Source: an uncultured archaeon
GTDB taxonomy: Archaea; Altiarchaeota; Altiarchaeia; JAFGQM01
Assembly (NCBI GenBank): GCA_964619365.1
Contig: CAZUDQ010000002.1
Location: 32,001 to 96,000, forward strand
DNA: 64,000 nt
Reading direction: 5' to 3'
Shown here: positions 33,105 to 42,605 of the stretch, one piece after another
Position numbering within the stretch: position 1 is the stretch's first letter
Layout of the letters: each line of letters starts with the position of its first letter
The notes under the pieces: generated by a model
What the model saw: the letters and a program-made list of their open reading frames with translations, nothing else
What the model was told of the DNA's origin: nothing
Database searches by the model: none
Made by a program: the position numbers and the translations under genes

Positions 33105-33797
33105 ATGAAAACAATAGGACTTATCGGTGGAATGAGTTGGGAGTCTTCACTTGACTATTACAGGATTATGAATGAAACAATTGCAGAACAATTGGGCGGA
33201 CTTCATTCGGCAAAGTGTATACTTTATTCTCTTGATTTTGAGGAAATCGGAAAATTACAAAACGAGGGAGATTGGGACGCAATGGCAAGAATCCTCATCG
33301 ATGCGGCCAAAAAACTTGAAACCGCAGGCGCAGATACTGTCCTGATTTGTACAAACACCATGCATAAACTTGCAAATAACGTACAAGACGAAATCGATAT
33401 CCCTTTATTGCATATTGCAGATGTGACTGCAAAGAGCGTTCAAAAGAAAGGATTTAAAAAAGTAGGTTTATTGGGTACAAAATTTACTATGGAAGATTCT
33501 TTTTATACAGACATCCTCACTGGGAAATATGGACTCGAAGTCGTTATTCCTGATGACGAAGAACGCCAAATGGTTCACGATGTAATCTTCAATGAACTCT
33601 GTGTCGGCCAGATTAAAGCCTCATCAAAAGAAAAATTTATTAAAGTAATCGACAACTTGGCTAAAAACGGCGCGCAAGGCGTAATACTTGGATGCACAGA
33701 AATACCCAGTTTAATAAAACAGGAAGATTCTAAACTCCCTGTGTTTGATACGACTACAATCCATGCAAAAGCCGCAGTAGACTTTGCATTGGAATAA
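33105..33797 (+). CDS. Aspartate/glutamate racemase family (YgeA/RacX-like)
   Basis: IGLIGGMSWES, CTNTMH and LGCTEI motifs. Confidence 0.92.
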   Translation: MKTIGLIGGMSWESSLDYYRIMNETIAEQLGGLHSAKCILYSLDFEEIGKLQNEGDWDAMARILIDAAKKLETAGADTVLICTNTMHKLANNVQDEIDIPLLHIADVTAKSVQKKGFKKVGLLGTKFTMEDSFYTDILTGKYGLEVVIPDDEERQMVHDVIFNELCVGQIKASSKEKFIKVIDNLAKNGAQGVILGCTEIPSLIKQEDSKLPVFDTTTIHAKAAVDFALE

Positions 33798-33882
33798 ACA
33801 AACCAAAAAGTCAAACCAAACAATTTTAAGTTAATGTAATATTAATCCAGTTAGTGCGAGATAAGCTAATAATGAGCATAAA

Positions 33883-33913
33883 CCTCAAGACTCGCATGTG
33901 CGAGTGTTGAATG
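33883..33913 (+). repeat. Palindromic element copy 2 (intergenic, between convergent genes)
   Basis: CCTCAAGACTCGCATGTGCGAGTGTTGAATG. Confidence 0.9.
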
Positions 33914-33956
33914 AGTAGACTCTCTTTTATTGTTTTTTACTAACATCCACCTTGGG

Positions 33957-35540
33957 TTATTCTTTCTTAGAATTCCACGCCCCGATAATATCAATATCAT
34001 CCCCACCTGGTTTGGTGTCGCGCGCTTTTATCTTGACTTTCATGGGGAAACGTATCGCAGCACCGGTGATTATTGCCTCACCGCGCCCAAGGGCTGGTAA
34101 ATCCCGTATTATGTCTTCAGTAACAGATTCGGCGCTCTTTCTTATGAAGTCTTGATCAAGCGGGTTTACAATGCGCATTATAATCTGGGTTCCTGCCTGA
34201 GAAAGGACGTCCTGGTCAAGGCGTGAGGGCCGCTGGGATATCATACAAAGGCCTATCCCGAACTTTCGCCCTTCCCTTGCTATCCGCCTTAGGATATTTC
34301 GTGAGACGACCTCACGATCAAAGTCTCGTGGAATAAAATTATGGGCCTCTTCAATTACAAATAGACAGGGCACGTCAAGAGATTCTCCCGAGTAGCCGTT
34401 TAGGTGGTTCATGCGGGAGTAAAAGAGTTTTCGCCCAATTGCCGATGCGACAATCTCCTTAATTGAATCTGGCACCCCCGAAAGGTCAATAACTGTTGCC
34501 TGGTTTGTGCGCACAAGTTCTGTTATTGGAGTTTCCTTATCAGAGACAAGACCTGAGCGGCTTAAGGAGTCAAGCCTTCTGATAAGAGCGTTTATTGTTG
34601 ATACATGAGCCTTTTTTGCAAGGCGCTCAAGGCTTGCGCTAAGGTCTGAAGCCATAAGGTCTTCTCCCTCAGTCTCTTTTTGGACTCCTTTCTTTTCAAG
34701 GGTCATTGAAAGGACCTCAATCATGTCCTTAAGAGTATAATCGCGTTTTTTCTTGCGGCACACCTCAATTATGGCGTAAAGCAAGTCTCTTTGAGAATCA
34801 GTTGTCCCCGCACTCATTGCAGAGATGTCTTCAGCACTCAATGCGTTTGCCTTGATTTTCAGGCGCACTTTTGCGATTTTTCCGACACCAAAGACCTTTA
34901 CCTTATCATGGATGTCTGACTTGCTGCCATCGCTTTTAAAGCCAAGGTACTTGTATTCTCCGTGTGGGTCAAGGATTAGTATTGCTCCACCTTTCTTTAA
35001 GAGTTCTTCGATTATGACACCACCAGTGTATGATTTGCCAGCCCCAGTCATAGCAAGTATTGCAGAGTGCGTCGAGACAAGCTTATTGGCGTCAAGCGGG
35101 ACGCTGACATCAGGACGTGCATCAACGCTTCCTACAGGGATTGCAACGCGCGAATCGATTTTAAGCAGGGACTCTATTGTTTCGTTTTTGGCCAGGTAAA
35201 CTGGCGCTCCAGGCCTTAACCCCGACTTTAAGATGCTTAAGGAGTCCCCGCCGTTAAGATGACCCAGTATATCGACTATTCCCACAAGGTATTCTCCGTC
35301 TTCGATTCCATAGGAACTGACAAATTCACCCATGGCGCTCTCGCGGGCAAACTCGTCTGGAAGAAGCTGGTTTGAGGCGGTAAGCTCTTTTACAATACCG
35401 ATTACCTCTTTTCCGGAAACAGGTTCTATTGCAGAGATGAACTCATCCTTTTTTACATTCTCCTCACCATTTTCCGACACTGCAAACATGAAGCGCTTAA
35501 GCGTCGTTGTCCCGATTATTCTTCCTATCTCTTTTTCCAT
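33957..35540 (-). CDS. herA: HerA-like helicase/ATPase (HAS barrel plus DUF87)
   Basis: HSAILAMTGAGKS, DPHGEY, IEEAHNF, REGRKFG and SQRPS motifs. Confidence 0.85.
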   Translation of the reverse strand: MEKEIGRIIGTTTLKRFMFAVSENGEENVKKDEFISAIEPVSGKEVIGIVKELTASNQLLPDEFARESAMGEFVSSYGIEDGEYLVGIVDILGHLNGGDSLSILKSGLRPGAPVYLAKNETIESLLKIDSRVAIPVGSVDARPDVSVPLDANKLVSTHSAILAMTGAGKSYTGGVIIEELLKKGGAILILDPHGEYKYLGFKSDGSKSDIHDKVKVFGVGKIAKVRLKIKANALSAEDISAMSAGTTDSQRDLLYAIIEVCRKKKRDYTLKDMIEVLSMTLEKKGVQKETEGEDLMASDLSASLERLAKKAHVSTINALIRRLDSLSRSGLVSDKETPITELVRTNQATVIDLSGVPDSIKEIVASAIGRKLFYSRMNHLNGYSGESLDVPCLFVIEEAHNFIPRDFDREVVSRNILRRIAREGRKFGIGLCMISQRPSRLDQDVLSQAGTQIIMRIVNPLDQDFIRKSAESVTEDIIRDLPALGRGEAIITGAAIRFPMKVKIKARDTKPGGDDIDIIGAWNSKKE

Positions 35541-35634
35541 CCCGTAAAAACTTTAGAAAAGGGAACTTAAGAGCGGTCTGGGCCTGCTCCCTAATTCATC
35601 TGGTATTTTATGCTCGCGCGTCTAAAAAACGCAA

Positions 35635-36342
35635 ATGGAAATCCTCACAGAAAATACTAAAGTTATGGCCAAAGTTATGACCAAAGTTAAGATTTGCGGC
35701 CTGACTTCTCCCGAAGATGCTCTTGCGGCTCAGGAGGCGGGTGCAGACTTCCTGGGTTTTGTCAATGCGGAAAACTCAAAACGCTTCTTAACAGAAGACG
35801 AGATATCAATGATAATAGCTGAGATAACACCAAAAGTGCCAAGCGTCCTTGTCTGCCATTCACTGGATACTTCAGACATATTAAACAGGTTTTTTGCGTC
35901 ATCCTGTGACATACTCCAACAGCATGCTCCGCTTCACCCTTTTGAATACGAGGAGCTAAAAAATCAGGTTCCGACACTGATTTCAAATGTTTCTATCCCA
36001 TCTGAGCTTCATGGCGATATTCCAGATTACCTTATTGAGCGTGTCTCTTTATTGTCGCAGTACTCTGATTACATTCTTTTTGATACCAAAGTCCAAACAC
36101 AAAACAGTACTGAAATAGGGGGTACTGGAAAGACATATGACTGGGATATCGCAGTAGAGCTTGCTGAGTACGCCGAAGTGCCTGTAATGATTGCAGGAGG
36201 ACTTAACCCTCTAAATGTTTCAGATGCAATATCCAAGATTAAGCCCTTTGGGGTGGATGTGGCTTCAGGAGTTGAATCGGCACCGGGAGTGAAGGATTAC
36301 AGTCTAATCAAAGAATTCGTCCGAGCCGCAAAATCAGCTTAA
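35635..36342 (+). CDS. trpF: Phosphoribosylanthranilate isomerase
   Basis: KVKICGLT, GGTGKTYDW, IAGGLNP and GVDVASGVE motifs. The true start may be a downstream ATG (MAK or MTK). Confidence 0.92.
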   Translation: MEILTENTKVMAKVMTKVKICGLTSPEDALAAQEAGADFLGFVNAENSKRFLTEDEISMIIAEITPKVPSVLVCHSLDTSDILNRFFASSCDILQQHAPLHPFEYEELKNQVPTLISNVSIPSELHGDIPDYLIERVSLLSQYSDYILFDTKVQTQNSTEIGGTGKTYDWDIAVELAEYAEVPVMIAGGLNPLNVSDAISKIKPFGVDVASGVESAPGVKDYSLIKEFVRAAKSA

Positions 36343-36776
36343 ATCTCTTTTAGGAGGAACCACTTATCGCACTTTGCGCCGGCTGAAAGCATCTTTTCCT
36401 TGACTTCTTCATCAACGACATAACATGTCCTTATCTCGTTTCCAGCAGGGCTGGAGTTGACGTTTCCTATAGTGCTCCAGTTCGTGGGAAGCGTGCTTAG
36501 CGTTTTTGGAGCGGGCCAAAGAAGTACAAGACCCGAGACGATTATGATAAGCCCGATTATTACCACAGCCGAAGCAATCATCGACCAATTGCGCGCAGGT
36601 TTTCTCTGAGTCCTTCTAACAGTCCTTTTGCGGTCTACCTGCGCTATGATGTTATGGATGTCCTCATCATTGTAACCAGACTCAACCATCGCCATGCGAA
36701 GAGATTCAAGACTGCGTCCGTCACTCATGCCTTCTTCGACAGTTTCTGCAAGACGTAAGGTCTCTTTTTCATCCAT
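36339..36776 (-). CDS. Hypothetical single-TM protein
   Basis: Helical N-terminus (SLESLRMAMVESGY), TM and short extracellular tail. Confidence 0.6.
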   Translation of the reverse strand: MDEKETLRLAETVEEGMSDGRSLESLRMAMVESGYNDEDIHNIIAQVDRKRTVRRTQRKPARNWSMIASAVVIIGLIIIVSGLVLLWPAPKTLSTLPTNWSTIGNVNSSPAGNEIRTCYVVDEEVKEKMLSAGAKCDKWFLLKEI

Positions 36777-36827
36777 AGTATTCTAATTGATGAGCGTTTT
36801 TTTATTTTTAGACTAATACCTGTATTT

Positions 36828-38030
36828 CTAAGTACTAAGAAGAAATTCTTCGACCCCCGAACAGTCTATTGTCCAGTTGCCGACATCTTCAGGCCAGGGC
36901 TTGGTGCAATCAGAGCATGTGGCTTCAAAGATATACCAGCCGTCCCCTGCGTCAAGTCCAACAGTCATATGGTCATAAGCGTCATCATAGGGCTCGCTTG
37001 CGTCTGCTATGCAAAGTTCTGCGTTACTGACTCCTGCGCGGTTCATCATTGAAATCATGAGTATTGACATATCATCACAATCGCCTTTCCCTGAGAGTAG
37101 CGTGTATGCGGGAGGCATTGGCCAGTCGTTATACCAGCTGGGGTCAAAATTGTATTTGACATTTTTCCTTACAAATTCCAGAATTGCAAATGCGCGCTCT
37201 TCTTCAGTCATGAGGTCACTTACTAAGGAATCTGTAACATAGACTACAGTCTCGTCAAGCGGGTCAACATTGTAAAAATAAGTGTAATAGCCACTCTCAC
37301 TAAGCTCTGATGCAAAATCGTTTCTTAGCTGATATAACTCAGAAAGGCCTAGGAGAAAATTGGCTTCGGACTCCCCGGAGCCTATCGTCTTTTCATAATA
37401 AAAGTCTGGATATTCAGTCTTTGTCCTATAAACATAGTAGAATGCCGTGTTAAGTTCATTTACGAAATTTTCAAATTCAGTTTTTATGCCGGTTACGTCT
37501 CCCGCGTCAAGACCTTTTCCAAGGTGGTAGAAAGCATCAAGAAGAGAGTCCATCATCGGAGGCTGCAGCTTTCTTGCTTCAAGCTCTTTAAGTTCGGCAG
37601 GAGCAAGCCCTGACTTATCTATGCGGTCAAGTGCCTGCGAGTAAGCAAGCGATTGAGTTTTACAGGACATAGAGCTGTTCATGACCTCCTTATAATCCTC
37701 TTTTGTTATGGCGATTTCAACACCATTAAAACAAGTCTCAAAATCCTCTGCACGAGTCTTTGCTTCTAAAAACGGGTCTTGAGCCTCTACTACACCTGCA
37801 GTTAAATTCGTTGGGGCAGTTGTATTATTTGTTTTTGAGGGTAAGTTAAGGATTACTACTAGGGTGATGAGGGCTATTACTGTAATTGCAACAATTGCCA
37901 GGATAAGAACAGTCTTTGGATTCTTACTTTCCTTTGGCGTGGCCGGGACCACAGACTTTAATGGCGCACCACAATTAGCACAGAAGTTTTCAGTGTCCGC
38001 ATTTTCCGTGCCACATTTACTACATTTCAT
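36828..38030 (-). CDS. Zinc ribbon - TM - transglutaminase-like cysteine-protease-fold protein
   Basis: MKCSKCG...FCANCG, TM, GKGDCDD, DHMTV and FEAT motifs. ATG at 38030. Confidence 0.8.
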   Translation of the reverse strand: MKCSKCGTENADTENFCANCGAPLKSVVPATPKESKNPKTVLILAIVAITVIALITLVVILNLPSKTNNTTAPTNLTAGVVEAQDPFLEAKTRAEDFETCFNGVEIAITKEDYKEVMNSSMSCKTQSLAYSQALDRIDKSGLAPAELKELEARKLQPPMMDSLLDAFYHLGKGLDAGDVTGIKTEFENFVNELNTAFYYVYRTKTEYPDFYYEKTIGSGESEANFLLGLSELYQLRNDFASELSESGYYTYFYNVDPLDETVVYVTDSLVSDLMTEEERAFAILEFVRKNVKYNFDPSWYNDWPMPPAYTLLSGKGDCDDMSILMISMMNRAGVSNAELCIADASEPYDDAYDHMTVGLDAGDGWYIFEATCSDCTKPWPEDVGNWTIDCSGVEEFLLST

Positions 38031-38144
38031 TGTTCCCTTATTTTTGTTTTGTAGGATAAAAGAGTTTGCTTGAGTTTGAACTAAGTATTTTTGGGCCAAT
38101 CATAAATAAGTCCCTTTTATTTTCCTAACCATTATTTTAGGGCA

Positions 38145-38693
38145 ATGAATATTCTTACAAAGATAGAGGCGCTGATGTTTGCGTTCCTTTTATGTGCGCT
38201 TGTAGGGTCCATTATAAATCCCCTGTTCTATATCGCCTCATTTGCGTTCTTCGCACTTCAAGTCCCAATCTTCCTCGGCGACTTAAAAAAAGAGTACCCG
38301 GAGGACTACAAAAAATACATAGGGGTTTTTGTCCTGTATGAAATAATCTTACTTTCCGTGTTTCTCTTCCTTAGCACAGTCACGATATCAATCGGGACGG
38401 TATCAGCCATCCTTGACGCACTTGTAATCCTTGTCGCCCTAATCATATTCCTCTTTGCAACACGAATGTTCTTTTCCAGAAAGTATTGCTTCGGGACGGT
38501 GATTTCAAAGTCATCTGGGGGTTATGTTGCAGTCAGGGTGGAGTCAGACCTTCTGTCTAAAGTGTCCGGTGCAGAATACGCGGTATCAGATCCCCGTGGC
38601 ATCAAAGCAAAAGCAGGAGCGAGAGTAAAGCTTCTTTTAAGGAAAAGCGGGGGCTCAAGCCATCCTGTTGAGATAATCGAAGAATTAAAATAA
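38145..38693 (+). CDS. Membrane protein, DUF2101-like (pilus-locus associated)
   Basis: Four TMs, then RKYCFGTV...AVRVESDL...G.RVKL...PVEII. Confidence 0.55.
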   Translation: MNILTKIEALMFAFLLCALVGSIINPLFYIASFAFFALQVPIFLGDLKKEYPEDYKKYIGVFVLYEIILLSVFLFLSTVTISIGTVSAILDALVILVALIIFLFATRMFFSRKYCFGTVISKSSGGYVAVRVESDLLSKVSGAEYAVSDPRGIKAKAGARVKLLLRKSGGSSHPVEIIEELK

Positions 38694-38700
38694 ATTTAAA

Positions 38701-39051
38701 ATGAATCTTTTTTGCAAAAACAAAAAAAAGGAGGGGTCTTGTGTGATTTCTAAGGTCCTTTATGACGAGATAAAGCGTTCAGGGAACATCTACACAATTG
38801 AAAATTCCCTGTCGTGTACTGATTTCTATATGGTTACTCAGGTTCCAGAACCTTTCATAAGGACTGCAGAACTTGACAAGAAGGCAGAAGAGGACGCCAA
38901 ATGCATCTCTTTGAAAAGAGCTGTTAACATAACTGAGGCAAAGGAACTTGTCGCGGCAAAGAGCTTAGGGGCAAAGCTTGCCATATCAGCTAAGCAACTT
39001 TGGTTGCAAAAGGCGGCAAAAGCTGAAAAAGTCAATATCGAGACAATGTAA
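38701..39051 (+). CDS. Hypothetical protein, possibly degenerate PIN-like
   Basis: ISKVLYDEI...EAKELVAAKSLGAKL...LQKAAKAEKV spacing resembles PIN, but the acidic residues are incomplete. Confidence 0.4.
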   Translation: MNLFCKNKKKEGSCVISKVLYDEIKRSGNIYTIENSLSCTDFYMVTQVPEPFIRTAELDKKAEEDAKCISLKRAVNITEAKELVAAKSLGAKLAISAKQLWLQKAAKAEKVNIETM

Positions 39052-39062
39052 GAAATTTTGAA

Positions 39063-39935
39063 ATGGATATCTTTTTTGCAGACCTTGCGCTTTTTACATG
39101 TGCCCTTGCATTTTCATTTTGTGCTGCGTATTACGATCTTAAAACAGGCGAGATACCAGATAAGTTCACAATAGGGCTTTTTTGTGCTGCAATAGGAATG
39201 AGAGCGATTTTTGCGCTGTTCCTCTGGGATATAGCATATTTTATCGATGGACTTGCCGTGGGCGCAATATTCTTTGCCCTAGGTGCTGGGTTCTTTTACA
39301 TTGGCGGTTGGGGTGGCGGCGATGCCAAGCTTCTTTCAGGGATTGGCGCGGCTCTTGGCGGTCTTTTTGCGCCTTCTTTAATCTCAATGCCAATTAAGGT
39401 GTGGCCAGAGTTTGTAGGTTTCCTTTTCTGTCTCGGCCTTGTTGCGATATTCTATTCCATAACATACTCTCTTATACTCTCATTAAAGAAGCCTGAAGTC
39501 TTCTCTATCATGGGAAAAACAATCCATGAAAGGAAAATAGAACTCTTTGCCCTTCTCATCGCGTCCTGCGTTCTAGTGGTGTTATTCTTCCCGATAAAAC
39601 CTATTCTTGGCCTTATGGGTGCGTTACCTATAGTATTTTACCTGCTTTTAGTCTTCTCAAGAGCAGTAGAAGCTGTCGCCCTGCAAAAGGAAATCTCAAT
39701 AGAAGCTCTTCGCGAGGGGGATATGGTAGTCGAAGATCTTATAATCGGCAAAAAGGTCGTATTCTCAAAAAGAGACATGGATGGGATATCAGAAAAAGTC
39801 TTAGAACAGGTACAAAAAGCAAAAAACAAGCCAAAGACAATAATAATAAAATGGGGCATAAGATTTGGCCCCGCATTTCCACTGGCATTGTTCCTAATCC
39901 CCTTTTGGGACAAGCTTGTATTTGGAACTATTTAA
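39063..39935 (+). CDS. Prepilin/preflagellin peptidase (A24, FlaK/PibD/EppA family)
   Basis: YYDLKTGEIPD, WGGGDAKL, LREGDM and IRFGPAF motifs. Confidence 0.9.
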   Translation: MDIFFADLALFTCALAFSFCAAYYDLKTGEIPDKFTIGLFCAAIGMRAIFALFLWDIAYFIDGLAVGAIFFALGAGFFYIGGWGGGDAKLLSGIGAALGGLFAPSLISMPIKVWPEFVGFLFCLGLVAIFYSITYSLILSLKKPEVFSIMGKTIHERKIELFALLIASCVLVVLFFPIKPILGLMGALPIVFYLLLVFSRAVEAVALQKEISIEALREGDMVVEDLIIGKKVVFSKRDMDGISEKVLEQVQKAKNKPKTIIIKWGIRFGPAFPLALFLIPFWDKLVFGTI

Positions 39936-39963
39936 AAAAACAAGCCTTAAGGGACTGCATTGA

Positions 39964-40281
39964 TTACTCGCCGCCAAGTGCCTTTAAGAGTCCTGCGTTG
40001 AGTTTCTTTCCACCCATGGCAACATCCATCCCGGTTGCTTCAGGGGTCTCCGGACTTTCTTCAATATCGCGTTTTATGGCTTCAACAATGTTATCCATCT
40101 CATGTTCTGAAACCTTCAGGCGTCCAAGAACGTAAAGATAGGCTTCTACAAGACCCTCAATGTCAAGAATCTTCTTTTCTCTTTGCTGGATAAGCTCGCG
40201 AACATAAAGGTCTACAAGCTTATATGCCGTGTCATGTTCCCAGTCTGCTTCGCAGCACGTATCGTCTGTTTTTTTTGCCAT
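39964..40281 (-). CDS. Hypothetical protein
   Basis: 105-aa ORF tightly coupled to the dCMP deaminase gene. Confidence 0.6.
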   Translation of the reverse strand: MAKKTDDTCCEADWEHDTAYKLVDLYVRELIQQREKKILDIEGLVEAYLYVLGRLKVSEHEMDNIVEAIKRDIEESPETPEATGMDVAMGGKKLNAGLLKALGGE

Positions 40282-40282
40282 T

Positions 40283-40834
40283 TTAGTCTTTATTGAATTC
40301 TAGTGTTATCTCTTTTGTCTTTGGTTCAAGCTTCCTTAGTTTTACCCCAGTCATCTTAAACATCCTTTTTGAAGCCTTGACGCTTTCGGTTTCTGCGTAT
40401 TTATCAGAAATGTAGACAATTTCAGCTATTCCCGACTGGATAAGGACTTTTGCGCATTCATTGCACGGAAAAAGCGCGACATAAAGGGTAGACCCTTTAA
40501 GGCTCTTTGAGGAGTTAAGGACTGCGTTTACTTCAGCGTGGACGACATAAGGGTATTTGGTGTCATTGACGCACGCTGCCTCGCGTGCCCAGGGAAGTTC
40601 GTCATCCGAGCAGCCCACAGGAAAACCGTTATACCCGATTCCGACAATCCGTTTGTTCTCATCAACGATGCAGGCACCCACTCTTGTACTCGGGTCTTTT
40701 GAGCGCTCGGCAGAAAGAAGGGCGATTCCCATAAAATACTCATCCCAGGGCAGATAGTCTTTTCTCTTGCCACCGTTGTTTTTTCCTTCAGCCTCGTCAA
40801 GGAACTCAATGTCGGGGTGTTGCGCATTCATCAC
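40283..40834 (-). CDS. dCMP deaminase
   Basis: PWDEYFM, RSKDP, GYNG, HAEVNA and FPCNECAK motifs. Confidence 0.93.
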   Translation of the reverse strand: MMNAQHPDIEFLDEAEGKNNGGKRKDYLPWDEYFMGIALLSAERSKDPSTRVGACIVDENKRIVGIGYNGFPVGCSDDELPWAREAACVNDTKYPYVVHAEVNAVLNSSKSLKGSTLYVALFPCNECAKVLIQSGIAEIVYISDKYAETESVKASKRMFKMTGVKLRKLEPKTKEITLEFNKD

Positions 40835-40871
40835 TAATTTAATTAATCAAAATAGAAAAATAGAAGAGATA

Positions 40872-41429
40872 ATGAAAACTTGTATAATTGTGGGGATATC
40901 GGGCTCTTCTGCCTGTGGCAAGGGAACTGCCGCGAGTTACATAGAGGAAGAATATTCTGCCAAAAGGCTGATATTCTCAAACATACTTTCAGATATCCTG
41001 TTGCGTCTTGGACTCCCGCGCATCCGTGAGAACTATCAGGCCCTTGGAAAGAGCCTTAGGGAGAATCTTGGAAAGGATGTCATCGTAAACGCCATGCAAA
41101 GTGATATCGAGAAGACAAACGCCAAGCTTCTTCTTCTTGACGGCCTTAGATATTCAAATGAAGCCGACCTCTTGGAGTCTTATCCCAAGCATTATCTTAT
41201 CTATATTGATGCACCAAGCGAGCTTAGGCACACGCGCGCTCAGAAAAGAGGGCAAAAAGGCGAAGATATTATGTCTCTTGAAGACTTTAAGAAGCGTGAG
41301 CTTGCGGCAACTGAAAAAGGCCTTGTGGAATTAAAGTCGCGCGCTGACTTTGTAATCGAGAATACAGGTTCAGGCGCCCAGTTAAAAGAAAAGATAAAAG
41401 AGGTCATGGATTCTGTAATCCATGAGTAA
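40872..41429 (+). CDS. P-loop nucleotide/dephospho-CoA kinase-like protein
   Basis: VGISGSSACGKGT, DGLRYSNE, IDAP..LR..R and ADFVIEN motifs. ATG at 40872. Confidence 0.8.
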   Translation: MKTCIIVGISGSSACGKGTAASYIEEEYSAKRLIFSNILSDILLRLGLPRIRENYQALGKSLRENLGKDVIVNAMQSDIEKTNAKLLLLDGLRYSNEADLLESYPKHYLIYIDAPSELRHTRAQKRGQKGEDIMSLEDFKKRELAATEKGLVELKSRADFVIENTGSGAQLKEKIKEVMDSVIHE

Positions 41430-41442
41430 AACAGCGTCCATG

Positions 41443-41470
41443 CATTCAACACTCGCACATGCGAGTCTTG
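41443..41470 (-). repeat. Palindromic element copy 3 (inverted relative to copies 1 and 2)
   Basis: CATTCAACACTCGCACATGCGAGTCTTG is the exact reverse complement of 33886-33913. Confidence 0.9.
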
Positions 41471-41728
41471 CTTAAATCCCTCTAAATACACAATCTAGAC
41501 TTATCGTGGGAGGATAATTTTATCCACATATAACTATTTATACCCCCTCCTCAAAATTACTTGCTAAAGAATTCTCTTTGGGGGAGATTAATCCTTATAA
41601 CAATTTAGTTTATCCAACAGCTTCAAACGCCAATTTGATTGAAACTACAGAATATGGTTCGGGAGGTTTTTCAGAAATTAGTAATATGAGAGTAAATGCT
41701 GTAGGTACAAGACCCGCTTTATAATAGA

Positions 41729-42193
41729 ATGGAAAAAGGAAAATACAAAATAGGTAAAAAACTAGGACTAGTAATTGCCCTTATACTAGCATGTGCGTTA
41801 TCAATCTTAATTTTAATCTTATGTATGTCGGATGATATTACCAGGCATATAGATCCAAATTCATCCTCCAAAGGTGATTCTGAGTCTGAAGAAAAAATGT
41901 ATTGTCCGACATATGAAACACTTGTAAAAGCATTAGAGCCTTTGGGCAAAGGGGTGATCGTACACTCCGCAGGTATGGTTATGAGAAATGGGACAACAAT
42001 GTGTACCAATGTCGCAACGTATAATCTAACTCCTGAGGAATTTAGGTGCGGTAAACGGACGTTTTATTATACACCCTATTTTCCAGAGCTAGTTTCATGT
42101 GAAACTGAATTTGATTTTCCTAATTGCATAGAGGATTGTGAGCACTTTGAAAAGTTATACCTTTCAGAGGGCGGATTCACCTTACCCCTTTGA
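41729..42193 (+). CDS. Hypothetical membrane-anchored Cys-containing protein in an AT-rich patch
   Basis: N-terminal TM, no recognisable family. Confidence 0.55.
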   Translation: MEKGKYKIGKKLGLVIALILACALSILILILCMSDDITRHIDPNSSSKGDSESEEKMYCPTYETLVKALEPLGKGVIVHSAGMVMRNGTTMCTNVATYNLTPEEFRCGKRTFYYTPYFPELVSCETEFDFPNCIEDCEHFEKLYLSEGGFTLPL

Positions 42194-42302
42194 AACTTTA
42201 ATAGTTGTGGATATTGGATAAATATCAAGACTTTATGGGCAAAGCCTACAGTAACTGGAAAGGTTAAACCAAAGTATATAAGAAAGTTAAAATCTAAATA
42301 AA

Positions 42303-42545
42303 ATGGTGGATAAAAAGATAGTAAGAAAGTTACTCAATAAGTGGGATCCACTTGGAGTATACCCTGAGGATGGAGGACCTACTGATGAGTACGATTGTTT
42401 GTTAGACCCAATAATTTCTATACTGTCTAATAAAAATCCTAAAAAAGACCTCATTAAATTCTTGGAAAAAAATCTAAGAGAGCATATGGGTCTCAATCCT
42501 AATGAATGTGATGTGGTGCAATTCGTAGAAAATTTAATGAAGTGA
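42303..42545 (+). CDS. Small protein, DUF1871/YugE-like
   Basis: WDPLG....P.DEYD motif. Confidence 0.6.
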   Translation: MVDKKIVRKLLNKWDPLGVYPEDGGPTDEYDCLLDPIISILSNKNPKKDLIKFLEKNLREHMGLNPNECDVVQFVENLMK

Positions 42546-42605
42546 GTGTATTAATAATGAAACACGCGCCTAGATTTTGGATCTCCGTAGTCCTTATCGC
42601 CTAGG

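Noticed and set aside
33883-33913. Palindrome as a CRISPR repeat or integron attC site
   Set aside because: Copies are kilobases apart with no spacers or cas genes. It is too short for attC, I found no matching RYYYAAC partner at a suitable distance, and no integrase is in the window.
33957-35540. HerA-based defence system
   Set aside because: There is no adjacent SIR2, nuclease or NurA gene; it looks like a stand-alone archaeal HerA.
35659-35691. 12-bp tandem repeat AAAGTTATG(G/A)CC at the trpF start
   Set aside because: A short in-frame local duplication that only makes the start codon ambiguous; no evidence of phase variation.
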